A DNA stretch of 64,000 nt from an uncultured Candidatus Binatia bacterium (GTDB taxonomy: Bacteria; Desulfobacterota; Binatia; UBA9968; JAJDTQ01): the NCBI GenBank assembly GCA_965215605.1, contig OZ244070.1:128001-192000 (forward strand), in the 5' to 3' direction. Shown in pieces: positions 37,726-47,543 of the stretch. Each line of letters begins with the position of its first letter. The first letter of the stretch is position 1. The notes below the pieces were generated by a model, which saw only the letters and a program-made list of their open reading frames with translations, searched no databases and had not been told where the DNA came from. Position numbers and translations under genes: made by a program.

Positions 37726-38810
37726 GCACGTTACAGGATCGGACCGTCGTCGACGGCGACGGCCACGTGGTGGAGGACCACGAGGCCATCTGGCGGCGGA
37801 TGCCCGAGGATTACCGGGTCAGCAACTGGTCGATGCGCAGTCCCTTCGGGCCCAACGACCACCTGCACTCGGCCAACCGTCATTTCGTTCCCGAGGGCGC
37901 GTTCGCCAAGGTGGGACCCGAGGGATGGATCGAGTTCCTGGAGGACGTGGGCGTCGAGAGCACCGTCCTCTACCCCTCCAACGGTCTCACCCTTGGCCGG
38001 GTGGTGAGCCGCGACTGGGCCATCGAGCTGTCGCGCGCGTACAACGACTGGCTCCACGACGAGTACACGGCCCGGAGCCCACGCTTCCAGGCCGTGGGGC
38101 TGATCCCGCTGCACGAGCCGGACGAAGCGGTGGCGGAGTTGCGGCGCATCGTCGAGGAGCTTCACTTCGCCGGCGCCATGCTGCCGGGCACGGGCGCAAG
38201 CCAGCTCCAGAACCATCTGGGGGACGAGCGGTACTGGCCCATCTACGAGGAGGCGGACCGGCTCGGCTGCGCTCTCGGCATCCACGGCGGCGTGCACGAC
38301 AACATGGGGCTGGACGACATGAGCCCGTATGCCCCGGTGAACGCCCTGGGCCACCCCTTCGGGCAGATGGTGAACTTCGCCGGCATCGTCTTCAACGGCG
38401 TGCTGGACCGCTACCCCAACGCCCGCTTCGGCTTCCTGGAGGCCGGCGCCGCGTGGTTCGTGAACTGCCTGGAGCGCTTCGAGCGGTCCTGGAGCAGCCA
38501 CGTCCAGTACGATCCCAACAACCGCTTTCTCCAACTCAAGGAGAACGAATCCGTCACCGACTACGTGCTCAAGCACGTGGACGCCGGCCGGATCTTCGTG
38601 GGCGTGGAGGGGGACGAGCTGACCCTGCCCTTCGCCGTGCGCATCGCGGGCAACAAGCCGTTCCTGTACTCTTCCGACTTCCCTCACGAGGTGAATCACG
38701 CCACCGCCAAGGAGGAGATCGAGGAACTGCGGGAGAACCCCCGGCTCACGGACGACGACAAGGCGGCGATCCTGCACGCCAACGCCCGGCGTTTCTACCA
38801 GCTCGGATAG
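37722..38810 (+). CDS. Amidohydrolase_2 family protein (tandem paralog)
   Basis: Same motifs as the upstream gene with long identical blocks; GTGA overlap. Confidence 0.88.
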   Translation: MSTLQDRTVVDGDGHVVEDHEAIWRRMPEDYRVSNWSMRSPFGPNDHLHSANRHFVPEGAFAKVGPEGWIEFLEDVGVESTVLYPSNGLTLGRVVSRDWAIELSRAYNDWLHDEYTARSPRFQAVGLIPLHEPDEAVAELRRIVEELHFAGAMLPGTGASQLQNHLGDERYWPIYEEADRLGCALGIHGGVHDNMGLDDMSPYAPVNALGHPFGQMVNFAGIVFNGVLDRYPNARFGFLEAGAAWFVNCLERFERSWSSHVQYDPNNRFLQLKENESVTDYVLKHVDAGRIFVGVEGDELTLPFAVRIAGNKPFLYSSDFPHEVNHATAKEEIEELRENPRLTDDDKAAILHANARRFYQLG

Positions 38811-38828
38811 GGACTGGCCGGGCAATCC

Positions 38829-40106
38829 GTGGCGACGCGCCGCCAACCTCCCCTCTCGGTGCGCTTCTTCTACGGCTGGATCGTGGTGGCGCTGACGTTC
38901 TGCGTCAACCTCACCGCGGCTGGCACACGCTCCGCCGCAACCCTGTTGATCAGGCCGCTGGAAGCGGAATTCGGCTGGAACCGCACCATGGCGTCCGGGC
39001 CCGGGGGCCTGAACCTTCTCCTGTTCGGCATCGGCGCGCCGGCGGCGGGCTGGCTGGTGGACCGCTTTGGCGTCCGCCGCGTTGTGATGGTTGCCTTGGC
39101 ATTGGTCACCGCGGGCCTGGTGGGTACGGCCATCAGTCAGCAGTGGTGGCACCTGCTGCTGTTCTGGGGCCTGGTGGTAGGCTTCGGCACCAGCGCCACA
39201 CCCGTGCTCGCGGCAGCGGTGGCCAACCGCTGGTTCGTGAAGCACCGGGGCGTAACCCTGGGTTTGCTGACCAACGGCAACGCCGCCGGCCAGATGGTTT
39301 TCCTGCCCCTGTTCACCATCGTCATCGCCGCGACCGGCTGGCGCGGCAGCATGCTGTTCCTGGGCGCTGTCGCCTTCGGCCTGATGACGCTGGTGTCGCT
39401 GTGGATGCGCGACGAGCCGGAGGAGGTGGGCCTGGAACCCTACGGCCGGGCCGCCGCCGTTGCTTCCGGGACCATGCGATCCGACACACAGGCATCCGCC
39501 ACCCCCATCCGCGACGCATTTCACAGCTCCACCTTCTGGCTCCTGAGCGGCGGCTTCTTCGTGTGCGGCCTCACTGCCAACGGGCTCATCGGCCTGCACC
39601 TGATACCCCACGTGGTCGAGAACCTCGGCATTGCCGGGGTCGTCGCCGGCCTGATCGTCGGCGTCATGGGCGGCATCAGTTTCATCGGCACGCTGGGCGC
39701 CGGCTGGCTGGTGGACAAGGTGGACGCGCGCAAGGTGCTGGCCTTGGCCTATTTCCTGCGCGGGTGCTCGCTGTTCCTGCTGCCGTTTGTCGACTCCCTC
39801 GCCGGACTGATCCTGTTCGCCATGGTATACGGCATCGACTGGTACGCCACCGGCCCGGCGACCACGGCCATTGCCGCGGACACCTTCGGCCGGCAGGCGG
39901 TGGCGCGCATCTTCGGGTGGATCTTCCTCGCACACCAGTTCGGCGCCACCTTCGCGGGCTACGGCGCCGGCGTGATTTACGATATATTCGGCGAATATCA
40001 GTACGCGTTCCTGGCCGGCGCCACCATGGCGCTCATCGCCGCGGCCCTGGTGCTGCAGATCTCGCCGCGGACGTCCCGGTTGACGCCCGCCCCGAGCGCC
40101 GCGTGA
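38829..40106 (+). CDS. MFS transporter
   Basis: FFYGW, GWLVDRFGVR, NRWF, HQFGA; 12 TM segments. Confidence 0.85.
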   Translation: MATRRQPPLSVRFFYGWIVVALTFCVNLTAAGTRSAATLLIRPLEAEFGWNRTMASGPGGLNLLLFGIGAPAAGWLVDRFGVRRVVMVALALVTAGLVGTAISQQWWHLLLFWGLVVGFGTSATPVLAAAVANRWFVKHRGVTLGLLTNGNAAGQMVFLPLFTIVIAATGWRGSMLFLGAVAFGLMTLVSLWMRDEPEEVGLEPYGRAAAVASGTMRSDTQASATPIRDAFHSSTFWLLSGGFFVCGLTANGLIGLHLIPHVVENLGIAGVVAGLIVGVMGGISFIGTLGAGWLVDKVDARKVLALAYFLRGCSLFLLPFVDSLAGLILFAMVYGIDWYATGPATTAIAADTFGRQAVARIFGWIFLAHQFGATFAGYGAGVIYDIFGEYQYAFLAGATMALIAAALVLQISPRTSRLTPAPSAA

Positions 40107-40160
40107 GGCTCCCGGACATCCTCGCCGACTGAATCGATCATCGCCAACGGAGGTTCATCC

Positions 40161-41171
40161 ATGCAACTACCGCCCATAGCCGCCACAACCATCGGCAGCT
40201 TCCCGCGACCCAAGTGGCTGGCCAACGCCACCCGCAGCCAGACGACGTTCAATCTGGAGGGAGAACGGCTCCGCGAAGGCCTCGACGACGCCACCAGCGT
40301 GGCCATCCGAGACCAGGAGCTGGCGGGCCTGGATCTGGTCACCGACGGCGAACAGCGGCGGCCGCACTTCATCGACCACATCCTGAACTCGCTGGAAGGC
40401 GTGGACACGGTGAACCGGGTCCCCAAGGGGGTGTACCGGCGGCGCGACGACGTGCACCAGGTACCCCACGTGCACGGAGCCCTCAAGCGGCGGAAGCCCG
40501 CCGTGGTGGAGGATCTGCAATTTGCCAAGGGACGCACGGACCGGCCGGTGAAGATGGCGGTGCCCGGGCCCATGACCGTGGTGGACAGCACCCTGGACAA
40601 CCACTATGGCGACGAGGCGGCCATGGCCATGGATGTGGCCGCGGCCCTCAACCAGGAACTGCGGGAACTCCAGGCCGCCGGCGCCGACGTGCTGCAGATC
40701 GACGAGCCCGCCATGACCCGCTACCACGAGAAGGTCGCGGCCTACGGCGCCCGGGCTCTCGACCGCTGCATCGAGGGCATCACCGTCCCCACCATTGTCC
40801 ACCTCTGTTACGGCTATCCCGGCGGCAAGGACCTGCAGCACGAGTACGAGTACCCGGAGCTGTTCCCGCTCCTGCTCGAGACCAACATCGGCGGCTTCGC
40901 GGTGGAGTTCGCCCGCAGCAACTACGATCCGGCCATCCTGGAAGTGTGCAAGGATCGGCTCGTCATGTTCGGCTGCGTGGACCCCAGCGACGTTCCGGTA
41001 CCGCCCTTGGAATCGGTGGTGACTCGGGTCCGCCACGCGCTCCGGTACCTCGACCCGGAGAAGCTGCTGCTGGCGCCGGACTGCGGCCTCATGACCGTGA
41101 GCCGGGAGCTGGCCTTCGCCAAGGCCAGGCTGCTGGCGGACACTGCCTCCGAACTGCGGCGGACGCTGTGA
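40161..41171 (+). CDS. Cobalamin-independent methionine synthase catalytic-domain family (single barrel)
   Basis: TTIGSFPRP, TDGEQRR, QIDEP, HLCYG, PDCG zinc ligands; 336 aa. Confidence 0.85.
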   Translation: MQLPPIAATTIGSFPRPKWLANATRSQTTFNLEGERLREGLDDATSVAIRDQELAGLDLVTDGEQRRPHFIDHILNSLEGVDTVNRVPKGVYRRRDDVHQVPHVHGALKRRKPAVVEDLQFAKGRTDRPVKMAVPGPMTVVDSTLDNHYGDEAAMAMDVAAALNQELRELQAAGADVLQIDEPAMTRYHEKVAAYGARALDRCIEGITVPTIVHLCYGYPGGKDLQHEYEYPELFPLLLETNIGGFAVEFARSNYDPAILEVCKDRLVMFGCVDPSDVPVPPLESVVTRVRHALRYLDPEKLLLAPDCGLMTVSRELAFAKARLLADTASELRRTL

Positions 41172-41206
41172 GCCCGTCACCCGCAGGCGGCAACCAAGCC
41201 GCGCAG

Positions 41207-41701
41207 ATGTACCGCGTCGTGAAACTTCCCGACGGGATCACGGGCCGCCTGTATCTCGGCAGCATGCCCGGACGCTACGAGGTGTTCGACGAAGCGTGGC
41301 GGGCCATCGTCGAGCGCGAGATCACGCGGGTGATCTGCCTCGTGCCGCCCGAGGAACTGCAGGACAAGTCGCCGCTCTACGCCCGCGCGCTGCGGGAAGC
41401 CAGCATCCCGTGGGAGCACGAAAGCTTCCCCGTCGAGGACTTCGAGGCGCCGGCGGACCGGGAGGCATTCTGGACCCTGGCGCGGGAAACGGCCCGGTTG
41501 CTGAAGGCGGGAGAAGCCATCCTGGCTCACTGCGCCGCCGGCATCGGCCGCACCGGCACCTTCGCCGTGTGCGCGCTGCTGGCGCTGGGCATGAGCGCCG
41601 CCGCGGCGCGCGCCGCGGTCCGAAGGGCCGGCGCCGGACCCCAGACCGCGGCCCAGGAAGACGTGGTCCAGTGGGCCGCGGGACTGGACTCCGCCGGCTG
41701 A
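41207..41701 (+). CDS. Dual-specificity protein phosphatase family
   Basis: LGSMPG, FPVEDF, HCAAGIGRTG P-loop, PQT..Q. Confidence 0.88.
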   Translation: MYRVVKLPDGITGRLYLGSMPGRYEVFDEAWRAIVEREITRVICLVPPEELQDKSPLYARALREASIPWEHESFPVEDFEAPADREAFWTLARETARLLKAGEAILAHCAAGIGRTGTFAVCALLALGMSAAAARAAVRRAGAGPQTAAQEDVVQWAAGLDSAG

Positions 41702-41781
41702 GTTTCTTCCTTCCCGCACTGCGTCGTGATAGAAAAGAAGCGGTCCGCGGGACAAGACTGCCTTCGAGGGAGAGAACAAGG

Positions 41782-42300
41782 ATGAGCCGTATCACACCGC
41801 CTCTCAACTTCTCCAAGTGGATCGACGAGCACCGTCACCTGCTCAAGCCCCCGGTGGGCAACCAGGTGGTCTACAAGGACACCGAGTTCACGGTCATGGT
41901 GGTGGGCGGACCCAACACGCGCAAGGACTACCACGTGGACGAGGGCGAGGAGTTCTTCTACCAGCTCGAAGGCGACATGACGCTCAGGATCATGGAAGAC
42001 GGCGCACCCAAGGACATCCCCATCCGGGCCGGCGAGATCTTCCTGCTGCCGCCCAAGGTGCCGCACTCGCCGCAACGGCGGGCGGACACCGTGGGCCTCG
42101 TCATCGAGCGCCAGCGGCGCGACGGCGAGCTGGACCGGTTCCAGTGGTACTGCGACGACTGCCACGCCAAGATCTACGAGGAATCGGTGCAGCTCACCGA
42201 CATCGTCGCCCAGCTCCCGCCCATCTTCGAGCGCTTCTGGAACAACCAGGACAACCGGAAGTGTGACGGCTGCGGCTCGGTGATGGAGCCGGTCAACTGA
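41782..42300 (+). CDS. nbaC: 3-hydroxyanthranilate 3,4-dioxygenase
   Basis: LKPPVGN, GGPNTRKDYH, EEFFYQ, PHSPQR, two CxxC rubredoxin-like motifs. Confidence 0.95.
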   Translation: MSRITPPLNFSKWIDEHRHLLKPPVGNQVVYKDTEFTVMVVGGPNTRKDYHVDEGEEFFYQLEGDMTLRIMEDGAPKDIPIRAGEIFLLPPKVPHSPQRRADTVGLVIERQRRDGELDRFQWYCDDCHAKIYEESVQLTDIVAQLPPIFERFWNNQDNRKCDGCGSVMEPVN

Positions 42301-42899
42301 GCCGCGAGTCGGACGCACCCGTCTCCACCTTCTACCGCGGGCTGGCCAACAGCCTGACCCTGGGGCGCTTCGCTGCCCCTCTCCCGTTCATCTACCTCAT
42401 GCTGGAAAGCCACGGCGGGGCCTCTCGCTCCACCGGCGCGCTGCTCTTCGTCCTGTATCTGGTGACCGCGTTCTCCGACCTGCTGGACGGATACTTTGCC
42501 CGCAAGGCCGGCTCCGCGAGCGCCAAGTGGGGACGGCTGGATGTGCTGGCGGACGTGTGGTTCAATACGTCCGCTCTGCTGGCGGCGGCGTGGCTCGGAA
42601 TCGTAGGCTACTGGGTGCCGCTGGGGATAGCTGTTCTCGCGGCGCAGTTCCTGCACCGGAACCGGACTACCCTGCCCGAGCGACGGTCCCGGCTCCGCGA
42701 GGACCTTCCGGGCAAGGCCGCCGGAGTCGTCTACTACCTGCTGGTGGGCGCCGTGGCCCTGGGAATCTGGCTGGACGATGGCCGGTGGTCCGCCTGGACC
42801 GGGTGGGTGGGCAATGCGGTCTTCGTGTACACGGCCCTCGTATTCGCACGGAATCTCCGGCGCAACGCAAATGCCGGATCATCTTCGACCCGGTTGTAG
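42297..42899 (+). CDS. CDP-alcohol phosphatidyltransferase family
   Basis: ANSLTLGR, SDLLDGYFAR..G..LDVLAD motif; start probably upstream of the called ATG at 42399. Confidence 0.8.
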   Translation: MSRESDAPVSTFYRGLANSLTLGRFAAPLPFIYLMLESHGGASRSTGALLFVLYLVTAFSDLLDGYFARKAGSASAKWGRLDVLADVWFNTSALLAAAWLGIVGYWVPLGIAVLAAQFLHRNRTTLPERRSRLREDLPGKAAGVVYYLLVGAVALGIWLDDGRWSAWTGWVGNAVFVYTALVFARNLRRNANAGSSSTRL

Positions 42900-42963
42900 C
42901 CAAGCACCCTCCGGCACCACCTGTGCTTTCAAATCTTCCGGGTTCACGACCTTGCTGCGCCCA

Positions 42964-44238
42964 TCAACAAGCGCTCCGGTCACCAGTGTACAGCTTCAGA
43001 GGCATGAGGCACGCCGCCGACAGGAAAACGAAAATTCCCGCCAGGACGAACGCGGAGCCGATCCCGTAGTGATCCGCAAGATACCCGGCGACGATCGGAG
43101 TCGGGAGCACGGCCACCTGGGCGATGACGGTGGTGAGGCCCTGGGACGAGGCCTGCACGTTGGCGCCGGAGACGTCCGAGATCACCGCCGTAAGCACGTT
43201 CATCAGGGTGTAGAAGAAGGTGCCGATGACGATGATGACAAGGGTCAGGGGCGCCACGGGCGGAGCCACGGCAAGAAGCATATACAGGGCGCCCAGCACG
43301 AACATCGATGGAACCAGTACCGGTTTCCGGCCGTAGCGATCGGACAGATAGCCCAGCGGGGTCTGCGAGAAGATTCCCACGACGTGAAGGAGGAAGACGT
43401 AGACGCCGAGCGCCTCGCCCGAGAAATGGAGCTCCTCGACAAGATAAACGGGCAGGAAAGAAAGGATGACGACGCGGCCCATGGTGAGGAGGCCCCTCGA
43501 CGCCGATATCGCCACGAACGAGCCCTTTCGCAGCAACGCCATCATTTCCCGGAAACGCGTGGTGCGAGACGGGGCTCTCGTGTCCTGCCTGAAGGCGCCG
43601 AGCAGACCGCGCAGGACAAGAAAGCCGAAAAACACTCCCGGCACGATGTGCCACCAGAGCACCCCTTCCCAAGGCAAGGCGGCCACGAGCACTCCCTGGG
43701 CCAGTGGCGACAGGCTGTCGCTCACCGTGGCGCCGGTGCCGTGGACAGCCATGGCCGTGGCCCGGCGTTGGGGGAACTTGGAAGTGAGCGTGGCCGCGGC
43801 CGTAGGGTGCCACAGCGCCGTGCCGAAACCGATGAGCACGCTGGCGGCGAAGGCCGTCCAGAAACCGCCGCCGCTGCCGAACAGGAGATAGGCGAGCCCC
43901 ATCATGACCAACGACGAGGCCAGGATCACGTCCCGATGCCGGTACAGCGAGTCCCCCAGCATGCCGGCGGGCAGATTGAGGGTGCCCTGTCCGAACTGCC
44001 GCGCCGCCGCCAGCGCCCCGTACTGAACCCCGCTGAGACCCAGCCCCACCTTGATGAACGGCTGGGCCACGGTGAACAGCTGCTGGAACCAATGGATCGC
44101 GATGTGCCCGCTGGTCACGACGCCCAGCAGCCGGACCCGTTCCCGCCCCAGTTCCCGGGCCTCGGCCACGAGACGCCGGGCGCCTGAGCGGATGAACGAA
44201 GGGGACGGCGAAATGGTACGCGAACGTCGAAAGGCCAA
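42964..44238 (-). CDS. MFS transporter (Fsr-like)
   Basis: GH..IH, GTALWHP, AMAVHGTG, GYLSDRYGRK; start uncertain. Confidence 0.85.
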   Translation of the reverse strand: MAFRRSRTISPSPSFIRSGARRLVAEARELGRERVRLLGVVTSGHIAIHWFQQLFTVAQPFIKVGLGLSGVQYGALAAARQFGQGTLNLPAGMLGDSLYRHRDVILASSLVMMGLAYLLFGSGGGFWTAFAASVLIGFGTALWHPTAAATLTSKFPQRRATAMAVHGTGATVSDSLSPLAQGVLVAALPWEGVLWWHIVPGVFFGFLVLRGLLGAFRQDTRAPSRTTRFREMMALLRKGSFVAISASRGLLTMGRVVILSFLPVYLVEELHFSGEALGVYVFLLHVVGIFSQTPLGYLSDRYGRKPVLVPSMFVLGALYMLLAVAPPVAPLTLVIIVIGTFFYTLMNVLTAVISDVSGANVQASSQGLTTVIAQVAVLPTPIVAGYLADHYGIGSAFVLAGIFVFLSAACLMPLKLYTGDRSAC

Positions 44239-44241
44239 CGC

Positions 44242-45204
44242 TCAGTCCCCCAACCTGCGCCTGGAGAACAGGTCCGCGTAGACCCTGGGCAGGAAGATCA
44301 GGCCGAAGGAGCCGTTGGCCAGCATGAAGGTCAGGTGGGCGGCGAGGCTGTAGGCGAGCAGGTCCGCCTCGGCGGCATAGCCGCCGAAAAAGAAGATCCA
44401 GGCGGCTTGGGAGGTGCCGAGGTGGGCCACGGTCACGGGCAGCGCGGCCACCAGATAGACGATGGGCAGGAACGCCAGCAGCGGCAACATCGGGACCTCG
44501 ATGCCGAAGAACGTCAGCGCCCTGGCGTGGACCAGGAGCGAAAGGAAGAACACCGAGCCCTTGAGGAGCAGGATCCCCAAGGCTTGGCGCAGCCGGACCT
44601 TCCGGAACGTCGACAAGAGCACGTTGCCGCCCGCCCGCCGCCCCAGCGCGCCGAGCCCGCCGCGGGCGATGCCGAGGACGGTGATCCACAGCAGGGCCAG
44701 CAGCGCCGGCAACACGAAGAACACCGCCGGGGCGCCGCCGGGAAAGACTGCCGAGCCCAGGGTGGCGAAGAAGATCAGATTGGTGGCCTCCAGCAGGATA
44801 AGCAGCACGACGGAGCTGGTGATTTCCCCCAGGGGGGTGCGGAAGCGGCGGTTCAGGTAAAGCGCCAGCGCGGCCTGGCCAAGCTGCGTGTTGATGATGG
44901 CAACCACATAGGTGGACGCCCGCACCGGCAGAAGCTCCCGGTAGCGGATCGGCCCGTGGAACCAGCGGATCAACATGGTGAGCACCGTGGAGTCCAAGAG
45001 GAAGAAACACAGCGAGAAGAATCCCATAAGGGCGAAGAACGGCAGCAGCCGCGCGCCGGAGACTGCCTCCCAGAAGGCCTGGAACGGGATGCGCCAGAAG
45101 ATGATCCCGAAGATGACGATGGTGAGCGCCGCCGGGATGAGCCGCGCCCACACGCTTGGCTCCTTGGGCGGAGCCGCTGCTTCACGAGTGGCGGAGTCGT
45201 TCAC
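44242..45204 (-). CDS. Lysylphosphatidylglycerol synthase TM / flippase-like membrane protein
   Basis: About 8 TM segments, LPVTVAHLGTSQAAW motif. Confidence 0.7.
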   Translation of the reverse strand: MNDSATREAAAPPKEPSVWARLIPAALTIVIFGIIFWRIPFQAFWEAVSGARLLPFFALMGFFSLCFFLLDSTVLTMLIRWFHGPIRYRELLPVRASTYVVAIINTQLGQAALALYLNRRFRTPLGEITSSVVLLILLEATNLIFFATLGSAVFPGGAPAVFFVLPALLALLWITVLGIARGGLGALGRRAGGNVLLSTFRKVRLRQALGILLLKGSVFFLSLLVHARALTFFGIEVPMLPLLAFLPIVYLVAALPVTVAHLGTSQAAWIFFFGGYAAEADLLAYSLAAHLTFMLANGSFGLIFLPRVYADLFSRRRLGD

Positions 45205-45219
45205 TTGTCTCTTCCAGAA

Positions 45220-46125
45220 TCATCGGGCGGACAGCCCGTCCAACAGTTCGTTCAACGGCGTCAACGGGAACGGCAGGAGTTGCCGTGTTTCCGTGGCGTC
45301 GCCCAGGTGTTCGTTGAACAGCGTATCGAAAAGAGTCCAGTTCCAGCCCCGTCCCAGCCGCCCCGCGATGATCGCCGTTCCCTCCGCCAACCACCCGGGT
45401 ACGCCCAGGACCAGCGGCCGGCGGCCGGCGCGCTCGGCCGCCCGGCGCAGCAGCTCGACGTAGGTCAGGGTCTCGGGACCCACCAGATCCAGCACACGGA
45501 CCGGCGGGCTCTCCACCGCCATCGCCCATTGGATGGCGCCGACCACGTCCGCCAACCCCACCGGCTGGATACGGACCCTCCCGCCCCGCACGAGCGGCAC
45601 CACCCGCTTCCCGGCCAGATGAAGAAGCGTCCGCGTGGAAGGCGTACCCGGCCCCAACACCATGGGGACACGGAACACCACCGCCTCGAACCCGGCCCGG
45701 CGTATGGACGATTCGGCCCGAGCCTTGGAACGGAGGTACCGGTTGGGTGAAGCCAGCTCCGCGCCGGGTGCGCTCAGATAGACGAACCGCCGGACGCCGG
45801 CTGTCTGGGCGGCGGCGACGGCCGACCGGGTGGTGGCCACGTTGGCGTCATCGAGCTGCTCGCCGCGCCGGGGTTGCAGGGCGCCCGCAAGATGTATGAC
45901 GGTGGCGACGCCCTTCAGCGCATCCGTCAGAGAGCTGGCATCGCCGTAGTCGACCTGCAGGACCTTGACCGGGAGACCGTCGAGGACGGCGGCCTGCGCC
46001 GGGCCCCTGACCAGGGCGCGCACGCCTTGGGCGGCAGGCGGCGCGGTTTCCGCCAAACGGCGGATCAACGCCTTCCCCAATACGCCGTTGGCTCCGGTGA
46101 CTACGGTGGCGATGAGATTCGTCAT
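45220..46125 (-). CDS. NAD(P)-dependent epimerase/dehydratase (atypical SDR)
   Basis: VTGANGVLG, IHLAG, YLRSK, IQPV. Confidence 0.85.
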   Translation of the reverse strand: MTNLIATVVTGANGVLGKALIRRLAETAPPAAQGVRALVRGPAQAAVLDGLPVKVLQVDYGDASSLTDALKGVATVIHLAGALQPRRGEQLDDANVATTRSAVAAAQTAGVRRFVYLSAPGAELASPNRYLRSKARAESSIRRAGFEAVVFRVPMVLGPGTPSTRTLLHLAGKRVVPLVRGGRVRIQPVGLADVVGAIQWAMAVESPPVRVLDLVGPETLTYVELLRRAAERAGRRPLVLGVPGWLAEGTAIIAGRLGRGWNWTLFDTLFNEHLGDATETRQLLPFPLTPLNELLDGLSAR

Positions 46126-46197
46126 CCCGGGCTTGACCAGGGAGCCAGGGATGGGGAGGACGACGACGCGCTTCCCCTGCCCTGCCGACCCGGCGCT

Positions 46198-47442
46198 TCA
46201 ACTGAGCATCCGGTGCGTCGGCGCCAGGAGCTTCTCCACCGGCAGCCCATGGGTGCACGATCCCGCGCAGTCCTGGGTCGGGCAGGTAAGGCAGGCGGCG
46301 GCGCCGCTGCCGAGAAGGGCGTACTCGCTGCGCGCCAGCTTCTCGTCCTGGTAGTCCCGGGCGTACATGCGGGTCCTCAGCACGTCGGCGATGGGGACGC
46401 CGTAGGGACAGGCGTTCTCGCAGTCGTTGCAGGCATGACGGCAGTACGAGGCCCCGTTCATGCGCGCGTAGCCCTTGAGCAGCTCGAAGTCGCCACGGGC
46501 CGCGGTGGTCCAGCCCGAGGCGCCCAGATACTCCCGGGTCGTCCCCGTATCGGTCATGGAGATGATCAGCGCGTGCACCTGGGGGTTGGACAGGACCCAG
46601 CGGAACGCCGCCTGGGCATAGGTGGCGCCGTCCTTCTCGAACGGCCGCATGTCGTTGAGACGCGCGCCCATGAGGGTCTTCATGGCGATGACGCCCACGT
46701 TCTTCGTCTTCGCCTTGTCGAGCACCCGCGGCAGATCCGGCTGACGCGCGATGAAATCGAAGCCCTGGGTGAAACGTTCGTAGAACTTCGGATCCTGGCC
46801 GAAGTTGTAGGCCACCAGGATCACGTCCACCATGTCCCGGTCCAGCGCATAGTCCAGGCACGGGATGAGCCGTCCGGCGTGACCGGACAGGCCCGAGAAG
46901 CGGATCTTCCCCTGCCGCCTGGCCTGGGCCACGAACTCGTGCCACTCGGGGTTCTCGAGCCGGCCCACGCTGTTGACCGCGTGGGTGAAGTAGACGTCCA
47001 CGTAGTCTGTCTGCAGGCGCCGCAGGCTGGCCTCGAGGGAGCGCATCATCGAGGCCCGGTCTTCGCTGGCGCTGGTGTGGGTCTTGGAGGCGATGAAGAC
47101 CTTGTCCCGCTTGCCCCGGAGCGCGTTGCCGATGGTGATTTCGGAATCGCCGCCGCGGTAGCTCTCCGCCGTATCGAAGTAGTTGATGCCGCGGTCCAGA
47201 GCATCCAGCACGAGGTTTTCCTCGCCGGCGTCAAGCCGGCTGGAGCCGAAAGAGATGTCGGAGATCTCGAGTCCCGTGCGGCCCAGGGTGACGTAGCGCT
47301 TCACCTCGGCCCGGGACTCCGCCCGCGCCGCCCCGCCGGCCGCTCCCGCAAGGGGCAAAAGGCCCGCGGCCACCCCTGCCATGGCACCTCGCCGCAGAAG
47401 CTCCCGCCGGCCCAGCTTCTCACCATCGTCGGACTTTTTCAT
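46198..47442 (-). CDS. Aldo/keto reductase with a Tat-like signal and C-terminal Fe-S cluster motif
   Basis: GRRELL, LGRTG, FDTAESY, ASK, LRRLQTDYVD, CRHACNDCENACP...CLTC..C...C. Confidence 0.85.
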   Translation of the reverse strand: MKKSDDGEKLGRRELLRRGAMAGVAAGLLPLAGAAGGAARAESRAEVKRYVTLGRTGLEISDISFGSSRLDAGEENLVLDALDRGINYFDTAESYRGGDSEITIGNALRGKRDKVFIASKTHTSASEDRASMMRSLEASLRRLQTDYVDVYFTHAVNSVGRLENPEWHEFVAQARRQGKIRFSGLSGHAGRLIPCLDYALDRDMVDVILVAYNFGQDPKFYERFTQGFDFIARQPDLPRVLDKAKTKNVGVIAMKTLMGARLNDMRPFEKDGATYAQAAFRWVLSNPQVHALIISMTDTGTTREYLGASGWTTAARGDFELLKGYARMNGASYCRHACNDCENACPYGVPIADVLRTRMYARDYQDEKLARSEYALLGSGAAACLTCPTQDCAGSCTHGLPVEKLLAPTHRMLS

Positions 47443-47543
47443 GGTGCCTCCTCGGTCCCTGGATGGGCAGATTGACGCGCGACAACGCTTCCGTTCAGTA
47501 CACAGGAAAGGAGATGAAATGTCCAACGGAACGAACCCCGGGG

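Noticed and set aside
36604-38810. ACMSD (nbaD) assignment because of nearby nbaC
   Set aside because: The N-terminal metal motif is DGDGH rather than HxH, and ACMSD-specific features are not evident.
40161-41171. Truncated metE pseudogene
   Set aside because: It has a clean RBS, start, stop and zinc ligands; single-barrel family members of this size are normal.
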